A stretch of DNA of 64,000 bases from the NCBI GenBank assembly GCA_964016885.1, contig OZ024742.1:195114001-195178000 (forward strand), given 5' to 3'. This DNA comes from Eledone cirrhosa. Taxonomy: Eukaryota. Made by a program: the position numbers and the translations under genes. Positions 12,421 to 24,856 of the stretch are shown piece by piece (position 1 is the first letter of the stretch; each line of letters begins with the position of its first letter). The notes below the pieces were generated by a model, which did no database searches, was not told the DNA's origin, and was given only the letters and a program-made list of their open reading frames with translations.

Positions 12421-15400
12421 ATGACCTCACTCAGAATAGGCAGCATAAATGCGCGTGGCTTGGGGTCGTCTTGGAAGCAGGGCCACCTGCTCAACGACCT
12501 CAGGTCACTAAACATAGATGTAGTGGCCATCAGCGAGACCAGAATCTCCGAAGCACGGGCCTTCGCACCGATCTTCGGCGGCTACGATGTGTACGCATCT
12601 CCCAACCGTCCTGGATCGGGGGGAGGAGTTGCTGGGCTTTTTCGGAGAGGTTTGGATCTCGCCATACGGGCCATCTTCCTGGACCCAGAAGGTAAGTTGG
12701 TTGTGCTGGACGTGACCAGCGGAGAACGGCAAGCTTTCAGGCTAGTGGCCGTCTATGCCCCGACAGGAGCAGGGCGGCCTGATTTCTTCCGGCGTCTGGA
12801 GACCTTTCTAGGAATGTCCCGCTCTTTAGTGTTAGGGGGCGACTGGAACGGGATCTTAGATGCACGCTGGGACTGTGTGGGATTAGCGGATAGGGGAGGA
12901 GGGTGAGAGAGCCTCACCAACCTGCTCAGGCGTTTTGAACTGTCTGACAGGTATCGATTGGATTTCCCGAATGTGTCAATGTGGACTTGGACAAATCACA
13001 TAGGGTCATCCAGATTATATCTAGATAGAGTATTTTGTAGGGAAATAGATAGGTCTAGCATAAGCTGTCCACAATTCAAGATAGTCAGCTACACGGACCA
13101 CAAATTCGTGATCTGTGTGCTTGACTTAGATAGGCTTCATAGGTGAGGACCCGGCTACTGGAAACTAAACGCCTCCTTACCAGCGCGCAAGGCCTACAGA
13201 GACCGGATTAGCAAACTAGTTAAGCAAGCGTTGACGGGGGCCATCGTCAACAACACGTGGTGGTTTGCTCTGAAAAGAGCGACTAGAATAGAGTCCATTA
13301 GGTTAAGTAAGGCTTTAGCTATAGAGAAAAATAGAGCAGAGGGAGAACTAGTTAGAAAATTAGACGAGGCGCTTAGCAAAGGCATCGCGACCGACGTACT
13401 TGCGGCGAAATTGGCCCTTGACCAATTCTTCAATGCAAAGCACGAAGGCTGCGTTGTCAGAGCTAGGGTGCGTGCTCTCAGACACGAAGGACGAAAGCCG
13501 TTCAATGGGCCCGAGTGACGGAGGCGCGTCGTGGCAACAAAGCCACGATCCGGTCTTTGGTGGACCACGACGGGTGCATGCTACTTGATCCCGGGAAAAT
13601 GTGTGAAGCCTTTCAGCGACACTTCGCTCAACTATTCGGAGGCAGCGGCGCGCCGGATCGAGGGATGAACTTTAGTGTCTACCTCGATGGACTGCCGCAG
13701 CTCTCGACCACTGAGGCGGAGTGTTGCGAAAAGCCGATAACAGCAGCTGAAGTAAGGGAGGCAATGACTGGCTGCACAAGGGGTAAATCGCCTGGTTTGG
13801 ATGGTCTGCCCCCTATGAACTTTACGTACAAATGCCAGACTTGTTCGGAGGCCTCTTGGCCGACGTCTACTGCAACTGGCAACAGAACGGGAGAATTCCC
13901 AGCTCTGTGAGCCGAGGAGCGGAGGCCCTGCTGAGAAAGGACCCGAACAAGGGGGATAACATAGATAATTTCAGGCCCATAACTCTGCTAAACAGAGAGT
14001 TCATGATTTTGGCCAAGGTGCTAGCAAAGAGGTTGGCGCTTGTCGTTGGTGGTCTGGTGGAAGAGGCGCAGACATGCGCCATTCCCGACAGATCCATCCA
14101 CGACAACCTCCACCTCATGCGATACATCGTAGAGAGGGTAGATAGGGAAACTGGCACGGGTGGTTCCTTGATCAATTTAGATCAGTCGAAAGCTTTCGAT
14201 AGGGTCAACCATCGTTACCTAACGGCAGTCCTGAGGGCGGCTGGCTTTGGGCCCATCTTCAGATGCCATGCACAGCGACATCTGCTCTGTGGTGAGAGTG
14301 AACGGTCACCTTTCGGAACCGTTCAACATCATGCGCTCGGTCCGCCAAGAATGTCCCCTCTCGTCCCTCTTGTACGTATTGACTCTCGAGCCATTACTGC
14401 ACAAACTGGAGACGTTGAGGGGCGTCCCGCGCGAACTAGGATGCGGAAGATCCGTGTCAGCATATGCGGACGAGGTCACGGTAGTGGTGTCGATGCTGGA
14501 CGGACGGAGCGGTTAAATTGCTAGGGGTCTGGTTCGGTCCGGACCTCCAGACGGACAAAAACTGGGACGAGGTGACGAGCAGAGTGGCTTCTCTCACCCA
14601 GAAATGGGCGGAGAGGAAGCTATCCCTGAAAGGTCGAGCGGAGGTGGCTAACGCGTACATCGCGTTTGTCATCTGCTACCGCCTGACCGTCGTACCTTGT
14701 CCTAAGCCCCGTCTGACTGCGCTGGAGCGTTTGCTCTTTTGCTTTTTGTGGAAGGGATGAGCTCTGATGGTCAGGCGGTCCATCTGTTGTCAACACCAGC
14801 TACGTGGAGAGCTGGGCATGCCGTGGCTGATGATGCGCAGACATGCGCTAAGGCTACAACATCTCCACCTCCTCCTCGACGTTGATCAGGTGTGGTCGCC
14901 GTTTGCTAGACACGTCTTTCCCCAGCTCGTCTCCTTGACGGAGCTGCAGTCCTGGGTCAAGCGAAGACCGAGAGGGGGCGCTTGGAGACTGGAATGTCTT
15001 CAGGCGCTCACAGCCCTCGACCAATCGGGCAATGTGATCGGTGGAAACTCCACCTTGGCGTTCTATAGGGGATTAGTGGAGGGGAAGAGCGACGACGTAC
15101 TTGGAGAAACTCTAGGCGTCGACGAAAATCAACTAGCCAATCTCTTCGGAAGGACTTTCGGGCCGGGGCCTATGGACAACTTCCAGAAATCCCTGGCCTA
15201 CCGGGGAGCTTTGCCAGTTCGGGATAAACTCTACAGGCATGGAGGTGTCGTCAGCCGGGCATGTCCGAGATGCGCGCAGGGCGACGAAACCGTCCTGCAC
15301 GCACTCGTCCAGTGTCCGAGCATTGCTGACTTGTGGGTTTATGTCGAACACCTGCTGTCACGTGTAGGACGGATCCAGCTATTAGCTGAGTCCATCGTGA

Positions 15401-15678
15401 GGATTGCCCCGCCCCCTTCCTTTAGCCGGGAAGGGCAGGCAGTTTTTATCTGTCTGGTGGCCATGGCGAAAGAGATAGTATGGTGGACACGTTTGAAAGG
15501 GCTGAAGACGAGCACTTACCTCTTCGGTGATGCCCTGATTAACTTTTTCAAATTTCATTTGAAAAGGAAAATCAGGGTAGAGAGGGAAGTGCTCTCTTCC
15601 CAGCATTTTGTTGAAAGATGGGTGAGAGAAGCAAGTATGGCCCGAATGAATGGGCCTTCTCTGAGTATGTGTCTGTAA
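12421..15678 (+). pseudogene. Tx1 ORF2 (APE-RT-zf) with multiple disruptions
   Basis: Consecutive ORF fragments colinear with copy 1; stops at 12904, 13144 and 14758; YADE instead of YADD; deletion near 14490. Confidence 0.9.
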
Positions 15679-16149
15679 ATTAAGGGTGAAAAACTGGGAG
15701 AGGGCACTTGCCCTGGTGGTCAGGGTCACTGTGGTCTTTTAATGGGCTTTCTCCACAAATGTCCCTCGGAAGTCTCCCCCCTATTGGGGAATTTTTCTTT
15801 GTTATTTTATTTCATCCTCTGTTTTTTTACACGCTCAAATGCCCATTTGTACCGTCCTGTATTGTCCTGTACTGTCCTTAATGTCTACTTTATGTAAACC
15901 CTTGTGGTTAATAAAGAAAACATTATTAGTATTATTATTATTATTATTATTATTATTGTTGTTGATGAAGCCACGCTTCTTATCGCCTCCAGTTTTTTCA
16001 ACGTTTTACCTCGTTTTCAACCGTTCTAAACCTTTTATTCAAGTTTTAAATTTGATAAAAGTTTAGAAGTGACCCACCTAATACAGGGGTTCACTCGTAA
16101 ATAATACGGCACCCCTTTACGGTGTGTCGTATTTGTGTAAAAATATTTT

Positions 16150-18247
16150 TTGAAAAAAAAAATTTCAACATGGATAACACAAGAAAGAGAAAGACCGCTG
16201 TCAGACAACACAGAGAGAGGGAGACTTTATCAGCATGTCAACAAGACAGCGTTCCGGCGGAGATAAATATAAAGGAAAATATTACGAAGGAAAAGAGGAA
16301 CAATATCATTTTTAATGATATTGTTACAGATTTAAAATTACCAAATATTTATAATACAAACAACACCAACAATAACACCAACAACACCATCAATAACAGA
16401 GCAACAACAAAAATAACAGCGGTAAAGTCGAGAACGACAATAACAAAAATAACAGCGGTAAGGTCGAGAACGACAATAACAATGACAATAACAACAGCCA
16501 CAACAACAATAATAGTAGGAACAATATCAACAAAATAAACAATAATAACAACAGTCACAATAACAGTAACAACAGCAACGGTATCAACGAAAACAACAAC
16601 AACAACAACAACAACAGTACCAACGAAAACATCAACAATGACATCGATACCTGTAACAGCGATCTCAGCACCACCAGTAAGACCAGTAGCGGCAGCAATA
16701 GTGGTGCTGCTGAAAAAGGGAGCCACTTCTTTTGCAGGTGTCGCCCGAAATATCGAAACAGTGTTAGTCACAGAGGAGGAGATGGCGATCGCAAGGGCCA
16801 TGGTGACAAGAAGCGCCAATAGAGTCTCCCTGAAACCTCCACCCAATTTTTTCAAGGACCAGCAGCTACGGACGGTGACTTACCGCACCGTAAGCAAAAT
16901 CTCACATCGAGTGGAGAGAGCCACGGAGGGTCAAATCCAAAGGCCTTGGGGTGCGTCTGGGCACGCATAACCCACACCACTCAAGGCAGAAAGTACGCCA
17001 CAGTAGACGTACTTTTCGCCACCCCCCAAGAAGCGAAGTCTCACTCTTTGGAAACCCTAAAGAGTGAGGAGATAGTCTTGGTGCCCTCCGACTGCGGGCA
17101 AAAAATTGTGAGGGTCAAAGTGACCCAGGTCCCACCTTACGTGCCCATACCTTGGCTGGCCGCATCTGTCCTTGCTGGAATTGAGAACAGAGCGACCATG
17201 CTGCAAGTAGAAAAAATAGGGAGAGAGAACTGGTCAGGTATAGGCATGCAAATGCTTATACAAACTGACCAGGAATGTATCGACGCTATCCCCGATATCA
17301 TAGACATCGAGGAAGGACTCCAACTCCCTATAAGCGTAGAAGGAAGACGGCCAAAATGTTATCTCTGTGGGTCAAAGGGTCACCTCAGGGCCTTTTTCCC
17401 GCAGAAGACAGCGAAGAAGAAGGCCCCTCTCCTTCCAATACCTGGTCCGCTGCTACCAAGAGCAGGGCAGGCAAAAAACGCAACGTCCGTAGCACCCGTA
17501 TCAAGGCCACGGTCAACTAAATCAGCAGCATCAGTGGCGGCAACACCAATAGCTACATTTGCAGTAGCTGCACCAGCAACAAAATTGCCGGAGAGGGCTC
17601 CACTACCACCACCAACAGCCGTGGAGCAATAACCCCTCCCAGACGCCACGGAATCCGACATGGAGTTTGAGGCGGGAATGAAGTGGCAAACGGTCTGCCA
17701 CAAAAAACATTTTAAAAAAAAACCTTAGCTTCGCCCTCCAAAAGCAAAGGCACACAAAGAGGGGTAAAGGCAGCAAGGAAACTTGCAGCAACACCACCAC
17801 CATCACCATCACCACCACAACCACCACCGCCAACAACAACCACACCACCACCAGCATCACCAAAAACACCAACAGCGCAAACAAAACAAAACACACACAC
17901 CAAACAGCAACAAGAAGAAAACAGCAACAAAATTACCTCTCCCACCAAAAAAGTACACAGCCATAAACATGGCAAAAAATGAACTCATACAATAAATAAA
18001 GCAGCACACAGACATCACAGAAAAAAAACTACTACACCCCACCAACACCAAGAACTCTCCCGACAAACATAAGTATCATTGAAATCTCAATAGAACAGTA
18101 CACACTTTTAAAACAAAAATTCCCCAATGCAGTTGGAGACTTCAGGGGGTCGGTTACCAAGAGGATATACACTGACATCCTCTTGGAAACACCCATGACC
18201 AGCCAAAGGGACGGTTCTACTGTCCCTTCACTACACGATCAAGGTAA
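16150..18247 (+). pseudogene. Tx1 copy 4 ORF1, frameshifted
   Basis: Fragments 16638-16970 and 16946-17632 align by eye to copy 3 ORF1. Confidence 0.75.
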
Positions 18248-18283
18248 GTGACCCTTTCTCACTTGTCCCGTTTCTCATCCAAC

Positions 18284-21200
18284 ATGGCCGTACTCAGAAT
18301 AGGCAGTATAAATGCACGTGGCATGGGGTCATCTTGGAAGCATGGTCACCTGCTCAACGACCTCAGGTCACTAAACATAGATGTGGTGGCCATCAGCGAG
18401 ACCAGAATCTCCGAAGCACGAGCCTTCGCACCGATCTTCGTCGGCTACGATGTATACGCATCTCCCAGCCGTCCAGGATCGGGGGGAGGGGTTGCCGTCC
18501 TTTTTCGGAGAGGCTTGGGTCTCGCCATACGGGCCATCTTCCTAGATCCAGAAGGTAAGTCGGTGGTGCTGGCCTTTACCGGCACCGAAGGTAACGCTTT
18601 CAGGCTTGTAGCCGTCTATGCCCCGACAGACACAGGACGGCCAGATTTCTTTAGACGTCTAGAGACCTTTCTTGGAACGTCCCGCTCTTTAGTGTTAGTG
18701 GGCGACTGGAACGGTATCTTGGATGCACGCTGGGATTGTGTGGGGCTAGTGGATAGCGTAGAAGGGTGCAAGAGCCTCACCAACCTGCTCAGACGTTTTG
18801 AACTGTCTGACAGGTATCGACTGGATCACCCGAATGTGCCAATGTGGACATGGACAAACCGTATCGTCTCATCCAGGGAATTCTGCAGGGAACTAGATAA
18901 GGCTAGTATAAGTTGTCCACAATTTAAAATAGTCGACTACACAGACCAAAAATTTGTGATCTGTGAGCTCGACATAGACAGACTTCATAGACAAGGACCC
19001 GGTTACTGGAACCTGAACGCGTTTTTCCCGGCGCGCAAAGCCTACAGAGACCAGATTAGCGTATTAGTTAAGCGGGCGTTGACGGGAGCGGTCGTCAATA
19101 ACAGGTGGTGGTTCGCCCTGAAAAGGGCAATTAAAGTAGAGTCGATTAGGTTTAACAAAGGACTAGTGATAGAGGAAAATAGAGTAGAGGGAGAGCTAGT
19201 CAGAAAGCTAGAAGAGGCGTTTAGGACAAGTATTACAACCGACGTGCTTGCGGCGAGATTGGCACTCGACCAATTCTTCAACGCAAAACACGAAGGCTGC
19301 GTTGTCAGAGCTAGAGCGCGTGCTCTGAAACACGAGGGTACAAAAGCCGTCCAATGGGCCCGGGTAGCAGACGCGCGACGTGGCAACAAACCCACAATTC
19401 GATTTTTATCTGACCAAAAGGGCGCTTTTGCTCGAACCCGAGCAGATGTGTGAAGCTTTTCAGCAGCACTTTGCTGAAATGTTCGGGAGCAGCGGCGGGC
19501 CGGATTGGGGTATGGACTTCAGTGCATACCTCGACGGACTACCTCGGTTCTCGACGACCCCAGCACAGTGTTGCGAAAAGCCAATAACAGCCGGTGAAAT
19601 ACGGGAAGCGATGGCTAACTGCACGAGGGGTAAATCGCCAGGTTTGGATGGTCTGCCCTACGAGCTTTATGCATATATGTCAGACATGTTCGGTAACCTC
19701 TTGGCAGACGTCTACTGCAACTGGCAGCAGAACGGGAGCATTCCCAGTTTTGTGAGCCGGGGAGCGGTGGCGCTGCTGAGAAAAGTCCCGAACAAGGGGG
19801 GTTGTTATCGATATATTCAGGCCCATAACCCTGCTAAACGCAGAGTTCAAGATTTTGGCCAAGGTTAGCAACGAGGTTGGCGCTTGTCGTCAAGGGTCTG
19901 GTGGGAGAGGCGCAGACATGCGCCATTCCGGACAGATCCATACACGACAACCTCCACCTCATGCGATACATCATAGAGAGGGTGGTTAAGGAACCTGACA
20001 CGGGTGGGGCCCTGATCAACTTGGATCAATCCAAAGCATTCCATAGGGTCGACCATCGGTACCTGGCGGCGGTCCTCGAGGCAGCCGGTTTCGGGGCCGT
20101 TTTCAGGGGTTGAATCGTTGCGATGTACAGCGACATCTGCTCAGTTGTGAGGGTGAACGGTCACCTATCGCAGCCGTTCAGCATCATGCGCTTGGTCCGC
20201 CAGGGTTGTCCCCTCTCGTCCATTTTGTACGTATTGGCTCTCGACCCGTTACTGCACAAACTGGGGGCGATGAGGGGCGTCCCACGCGAACTAAGATGCG
20301 GGAAATCCGAATCGGCTTACGCCGACGACGTCACCGTGGTGGTGTCGAGACCAGACACGTCCAGACGCTCGGCACCGCTCTCAAGGAATACGAAGCGGTG
20401 ACAGGAGCAAAGATAAACCAGGAAACGTCGGTGGGCTTGCTGCTCGGCACCTGGAGAGGCAAGTACATGCCGTCCGACAGCGTTGTGGGGAGTTGGACAG
20501 ACGGACCGGTTAAATTGCTCGGGGTCTGGTTCGGACCTCCAGATGGAGAAAAACAGGAGCGAGGTGACGAGAAAGGTGGCCTCCCTCAGCCAGAAATGAG
20601 CCGAGAGGAAGCTGTCCATGAAAGGCCGGGCGGAGGTGGCGAATGCGTACATCGCATCCGTCATCTGCTACCGCCTCACCGTCGTCCCTTGCCCCGGCCC
20701 AACTCTCACCAAAATGGAGCGCCTCCTCTTCCGCTTTTTGTGGAAGGGACACGCTCCCATGGTCAGACGAACCATCTTCTGTCAACTCCCGTTGGGTGAA
20801 GGACTGGGCAAGCCATGCTGATGATGCGCAAACATGCGCTGAGGCTGCGACATCTATGGTGCTTCCTTGACGGTGAACAGGTGTGGTCGCCGTTCGCCAG
20901 GCACGTTTTCCCACAGCTCGTCTCCTTGACAGAGCTGCAGTCCTGGGTCAGGAAAAGACCGAGGGATTGCGTTTGGAAACTGGAATGTCTCCAGGTGCTC
21001 ACTGCCCTCTGCCAGCTGGACACCAGTATCGGTGGAACATCCACCTCGGCGTTCTATAGAGGACTAGTGGAGAGGAAAAGCGACGACGTTCTCGGAGAGA
21101 TCCTGATCGTCGAAGAAGATCAGCTGTTTGCTCTCTTCCGGAGAACTTTCAGCCCAGGGCCTATGGATAACTTTCAAATGTCCCTGGCCTGGCAGTGCTA

Positions 21201-21665
21201 CCGGGGAGCGTTGCCGGCTCGAGATAAGCTCTACAGGCACGGAAGTGCCGTCAGACGAGCCTGTCCAAGATGCGCGCAGAGCGACAAAACCGTTGTGCAC
21301 GCACTCGTTAAGTGTCCGAGCATTGCTGACTTGTGGAGCTATGTCGAACAGTTGCTGTCACGTGTAGGACTGATCCGGTTATCGACTGAGTCCATTGTGC
21401 AGATGATCTCGCCGAGGAAGGGCAGGATGTTTTCATCTGCCTGGTGGCCATGGCGAAAGAGATTGTGTGGTGGGCAAGGTTGAAAGGGTTAAAGACAGAT
21501 ACTTTCTTCTTCGGCGAATCCCTGATTAACTTTTTCAAGTTTCACTTGAAGAGGAAAATCAGGGTGGAGAGGCAAGTGCTGCCTTCTAGCAAGTTTGTTG
21601 AAAGGTGGGTGAATGTAGCGAGAATGGTCCGAGTGAACGGGACCGCTCTGAATATACGCCTGTAG
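18284..21665 (+). pseudogene. Tx1 copy 4 ORF2, frameshifted
   Basis: APE (IGSINARG, SET, VYAP, GDWN), RT (KSPGLDG, LDQSKAF, RQGCPLS, YADD) and CPRC finger spread over several frames. Confidence 0.9.
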
Positions 21666-21967
21666 TTTGAGAATTGGAAAAATTGAGAGAGGGCGCTTGC
21701 CCTGTTGGTCAGGGTGGCCGTGGTCTTTTGTGTCGTTTTCGCCACGAGTAACCCTCGGAGGTTTCCACCCTATTGGGGAATTTTTCATAGTTTCAATTTT
21801 CATTTTTATTGTTTATATATATATATGTTTCTATGTCTTTTTCTTTTTCTTTTCTTATATAAATAATAAAAATCTTTACACGAACAAAACCCACATCGTA
21901 CCGTTCTGTACCGTCCTGTGCCGTCTCTAATGTTTTTCTTGATGTCAGCCCTTGTGGCCAATAAAGA

Positions 21968-22030
<63 letters not shown>

Positions 22031-22069
22031 CATTATTGTTATCATAAACCATTATTGTCATCATCATGA

Positions 22070-22265
22070 GGGTGGTGGATTGGCAGTATCTGTAGAGGGT
22101 CTGACGCCATGCTTTGCAGCAAAGAGTTACGGCCCTTTACGTTCTGAGTTCAAATCCGACCGAGGTTAACTTTGCCTTCCATCCTTACGGGGTGGATAAA
22201 ATAAAGTACCAGTAATGCACTGGGTAATTGCTGGCCTTGTGCCAAAAGTAGAAACAATTATTATT
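22070..22265 (+). mobile_element. tRNA-derived SINE, (ATT)n-tailed family, full length
   Basis: A-box-like TGGCAGTATCTG, B-box GAGTTCAAATCC, 3' TGGCCTTGTGCCAAAAGTAGAAACA(ATT)n; lies just after the Tx1 copy 4 tail. Confidence 0.9.
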
Positions 22266-22267
22266 AA

Positions 22268-22680
22268 TATCATCATCATCATCCTCATCATCATCATCAT
22301 CATCATCATCATCACCATCATTACCATCATCATTATCATCATTAATATCATCATCCTCATCATCATCATCATCATCATCATCATCAACAACATCACCGCC
22401 ATCATTATCATCATCATCATTACTATTATTTTTGTTGCTGTTGTTGATGTTGTTGCACTGCTATTTCTATTCAGCAATTTATCGCTTCGTCTTTTGGAAG
22501 AATAGATACTTAACAAGAAATTGTAGCGGACATAGCGGCTTTTTGATAATTAGACAAGTATCTCTTACTATTGACAGAAAAATAACGAAATATATAAAGA
22601 AATATATCAAAACTGAAATTTCTGACGAGGAGAATATTCAATTTCCAGAATTTATTGAAAAAAAAAGAAGAAAATTAATG

Positions 22681-22753
<73 letters not shown>

Positions 22754-22765
22754 TAATAATATTAA
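22268..22765. repeat. (ATC)n and (AAT)n microsatellites
   Basis: (ATC)n about 22268-22420; (AAT)n about 22676-22765. Confidence 0.9.
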
Positions 22766-23240
22766 TTAATAAATAAATTAAAATGAAATATAATATTATT
22801 AATAATAGCAACTTATAATAAATAGAGAAAAATAAATAAATAGTATGAAAATATAGAAGAATGGAGACGAAAACGAATAAAAGAAAGGGAAAGAAAGGAA
22901 AATAGACAAAAGAAAACATCAACACAAACAAACAAAATACAATGAAGAACACTAATAAAAGAAAATAAAAACAACTAATAAATAAATAATTAAATAAATA
23001 ATAAAATAAAGAATGGAATAATGAGTAAAACAATAAAAAACATACAAAAATCAATAAATAATCATTAAGAATAAACGAAAGAAAAAAAATTGGCGGAGAC
23101 TGAAATATAGCTTAAATCTTAGAGAAATCAATCATTAGAGTGAACCGAGTGAGAATAGGTTTCTGTTAAAAGTTAATTCTACTGTGTATTTTCTTTACAA
23201 AACATTACGTCTGACGAAGTCAAACAGGCGGAAACACAGA

Positions 23241-23609
<369 letters not shown>

Positions 23610-23612
<3 letters not shown>

Positions 23613-23910
23613 TTTGGCCCCACTCGGTCACGAATGACTATGGTTTTGCACCTAGAAAGTTTCCCTCCGAGGCACAAGCCTGGGCAATGTTTGTTTTGAG
23701 GAAGACCAGCAGTCGCCCATGCATACCAGTCTCCCCTCTCCACGCCACCGACGTTGTCCAAGGGAAAGGCAATGGTCGATACAGCTTGGCACCAGTGACG
23801 TTGCAACTCATATCTACAGCTGAGTAAACTGGAGCAACGTGAAGTAAAGTGTTTTGCTCAAGGACGCAACGCATCACCCGCTCCGAGAATCGAACTCACA
23901 ACCTCACAAC
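23610..23910 (-). mobile_element. SINE with CORE-like domain (second family)
   Basis: Minus strand reads GAGTTCGATTC (B-box), then GTCCTTGAGCAAAACACTTTA (CORE-like); partial homolog at 62186-62350. Confidence 0.7.
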
Positions 23911-24145
23911 CTCTATTAACCATCTTTTGATTTTATATATATATATATATATATATTTAAAAGAATAAAGGTGTAACACACGAGGTGTGATATATTAGTA
24001 AAAGGAACAGAAAATGCTGACAAATTTTTCCCAGTGAAAAATAGTTTAATTAGGAATAAGTAAAAATTAGTAATAAGTTTTACCGGTTGCGCATTTCTAA
24101 TGCTTTTCAAAAATAATTTTGAGATAGAGCACCCGTGATGTTTGC

Positions 24146-24256
24146 TCTACTTTAGGCACAAAGCCAGCAATCATCCAGTGTATTACTGGTACTTTTTTTT
24201 ATCGACCCCGTAAGGATAAGAGGCAAAGTCAACCTCGGCGGGATTTGAACTCAGAT
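24146..24256 (-). mobile_element. (ATT)n-family SINE fragment
   Basis: Reverse complement of the SINE body from the B-box to the 3' end. Confidence 0.8.
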
Positions 24257-24856
24257 CATAAAAAAATATATAATAATAAGGAAAGGATGACGGAGCAGGA
24301 GTATCAGAAGGAAGGATGAGAGAGGAGGAGAAAATGAGTGAGAGAGAGAGATAACCTTTAATACTGAGAAACACTGTCTCACAGAGAAATTTAAAAAAAG
24401 AAACGTTGTACGATAATATATAATTTTAAAAAATTTAAAAATTAAAAGTTAATGAGTTTTATGAATGGTGATGTTTATGATTAAAGAAAAAGGAATTAAG
24501 AATACTATTTATTTAAGGTTTATATATTGAAGGGTTTAATAATATGTGCGAAAAGGAATTTATTAATATGTATTATTAACATAAAATATATTAAGAAGAT
24601 AAGGTGAATGAAGATAAGGTTAAATGAATTATGAACTTAGAGGAATTAGTTAGGGTCCAAGTTTGTTTCTATGTATTGTAATAGGAAAAAGTAAATAATA
24701 GGTTTAATACGAGCACAGAAGGAGAGAATAAAACTCACCTCCTACATTATATATATACAAACATACATGCAGACAAAAATACATGTAGTCATACATACAT
24801 ACATACATACATACATACATACATACATACATACATACATTCATACATACATATAT

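Larger units (their letters stand above)
10060..15921 (+). mobile_element. Tx1-like copy 3, apparently full length (5' UTR, ORF1, ORF2, 3' UTR), decayed
   Basis: Starts immediately after the tail of copy 2; ORF1 with CCHC knuckle; ORF2 from ATG 12421 (IGSINARG, AISET, GDWN) to 15678; tail from 15922. Confidence 0.92.
15967..21968 (+). mobile_element. Tx1-like copy 4, apparently full length, divergent subfamily, decayed
   Basis: Starts after the tail of copy 3; different 5' UTR; ORF1 fragments with CYLCGSKGHLRAF; ORF2 from ATG 18284 to 21665 including YADD; AATAAA and (ATT)n tail from 21969. Confidence 0.92.

Noticed and set aside
22622-22660. CTGACGA hammerhead core
   Set aside because: Followed by GAAT rather than GAAA, and no stems I or III could be built.
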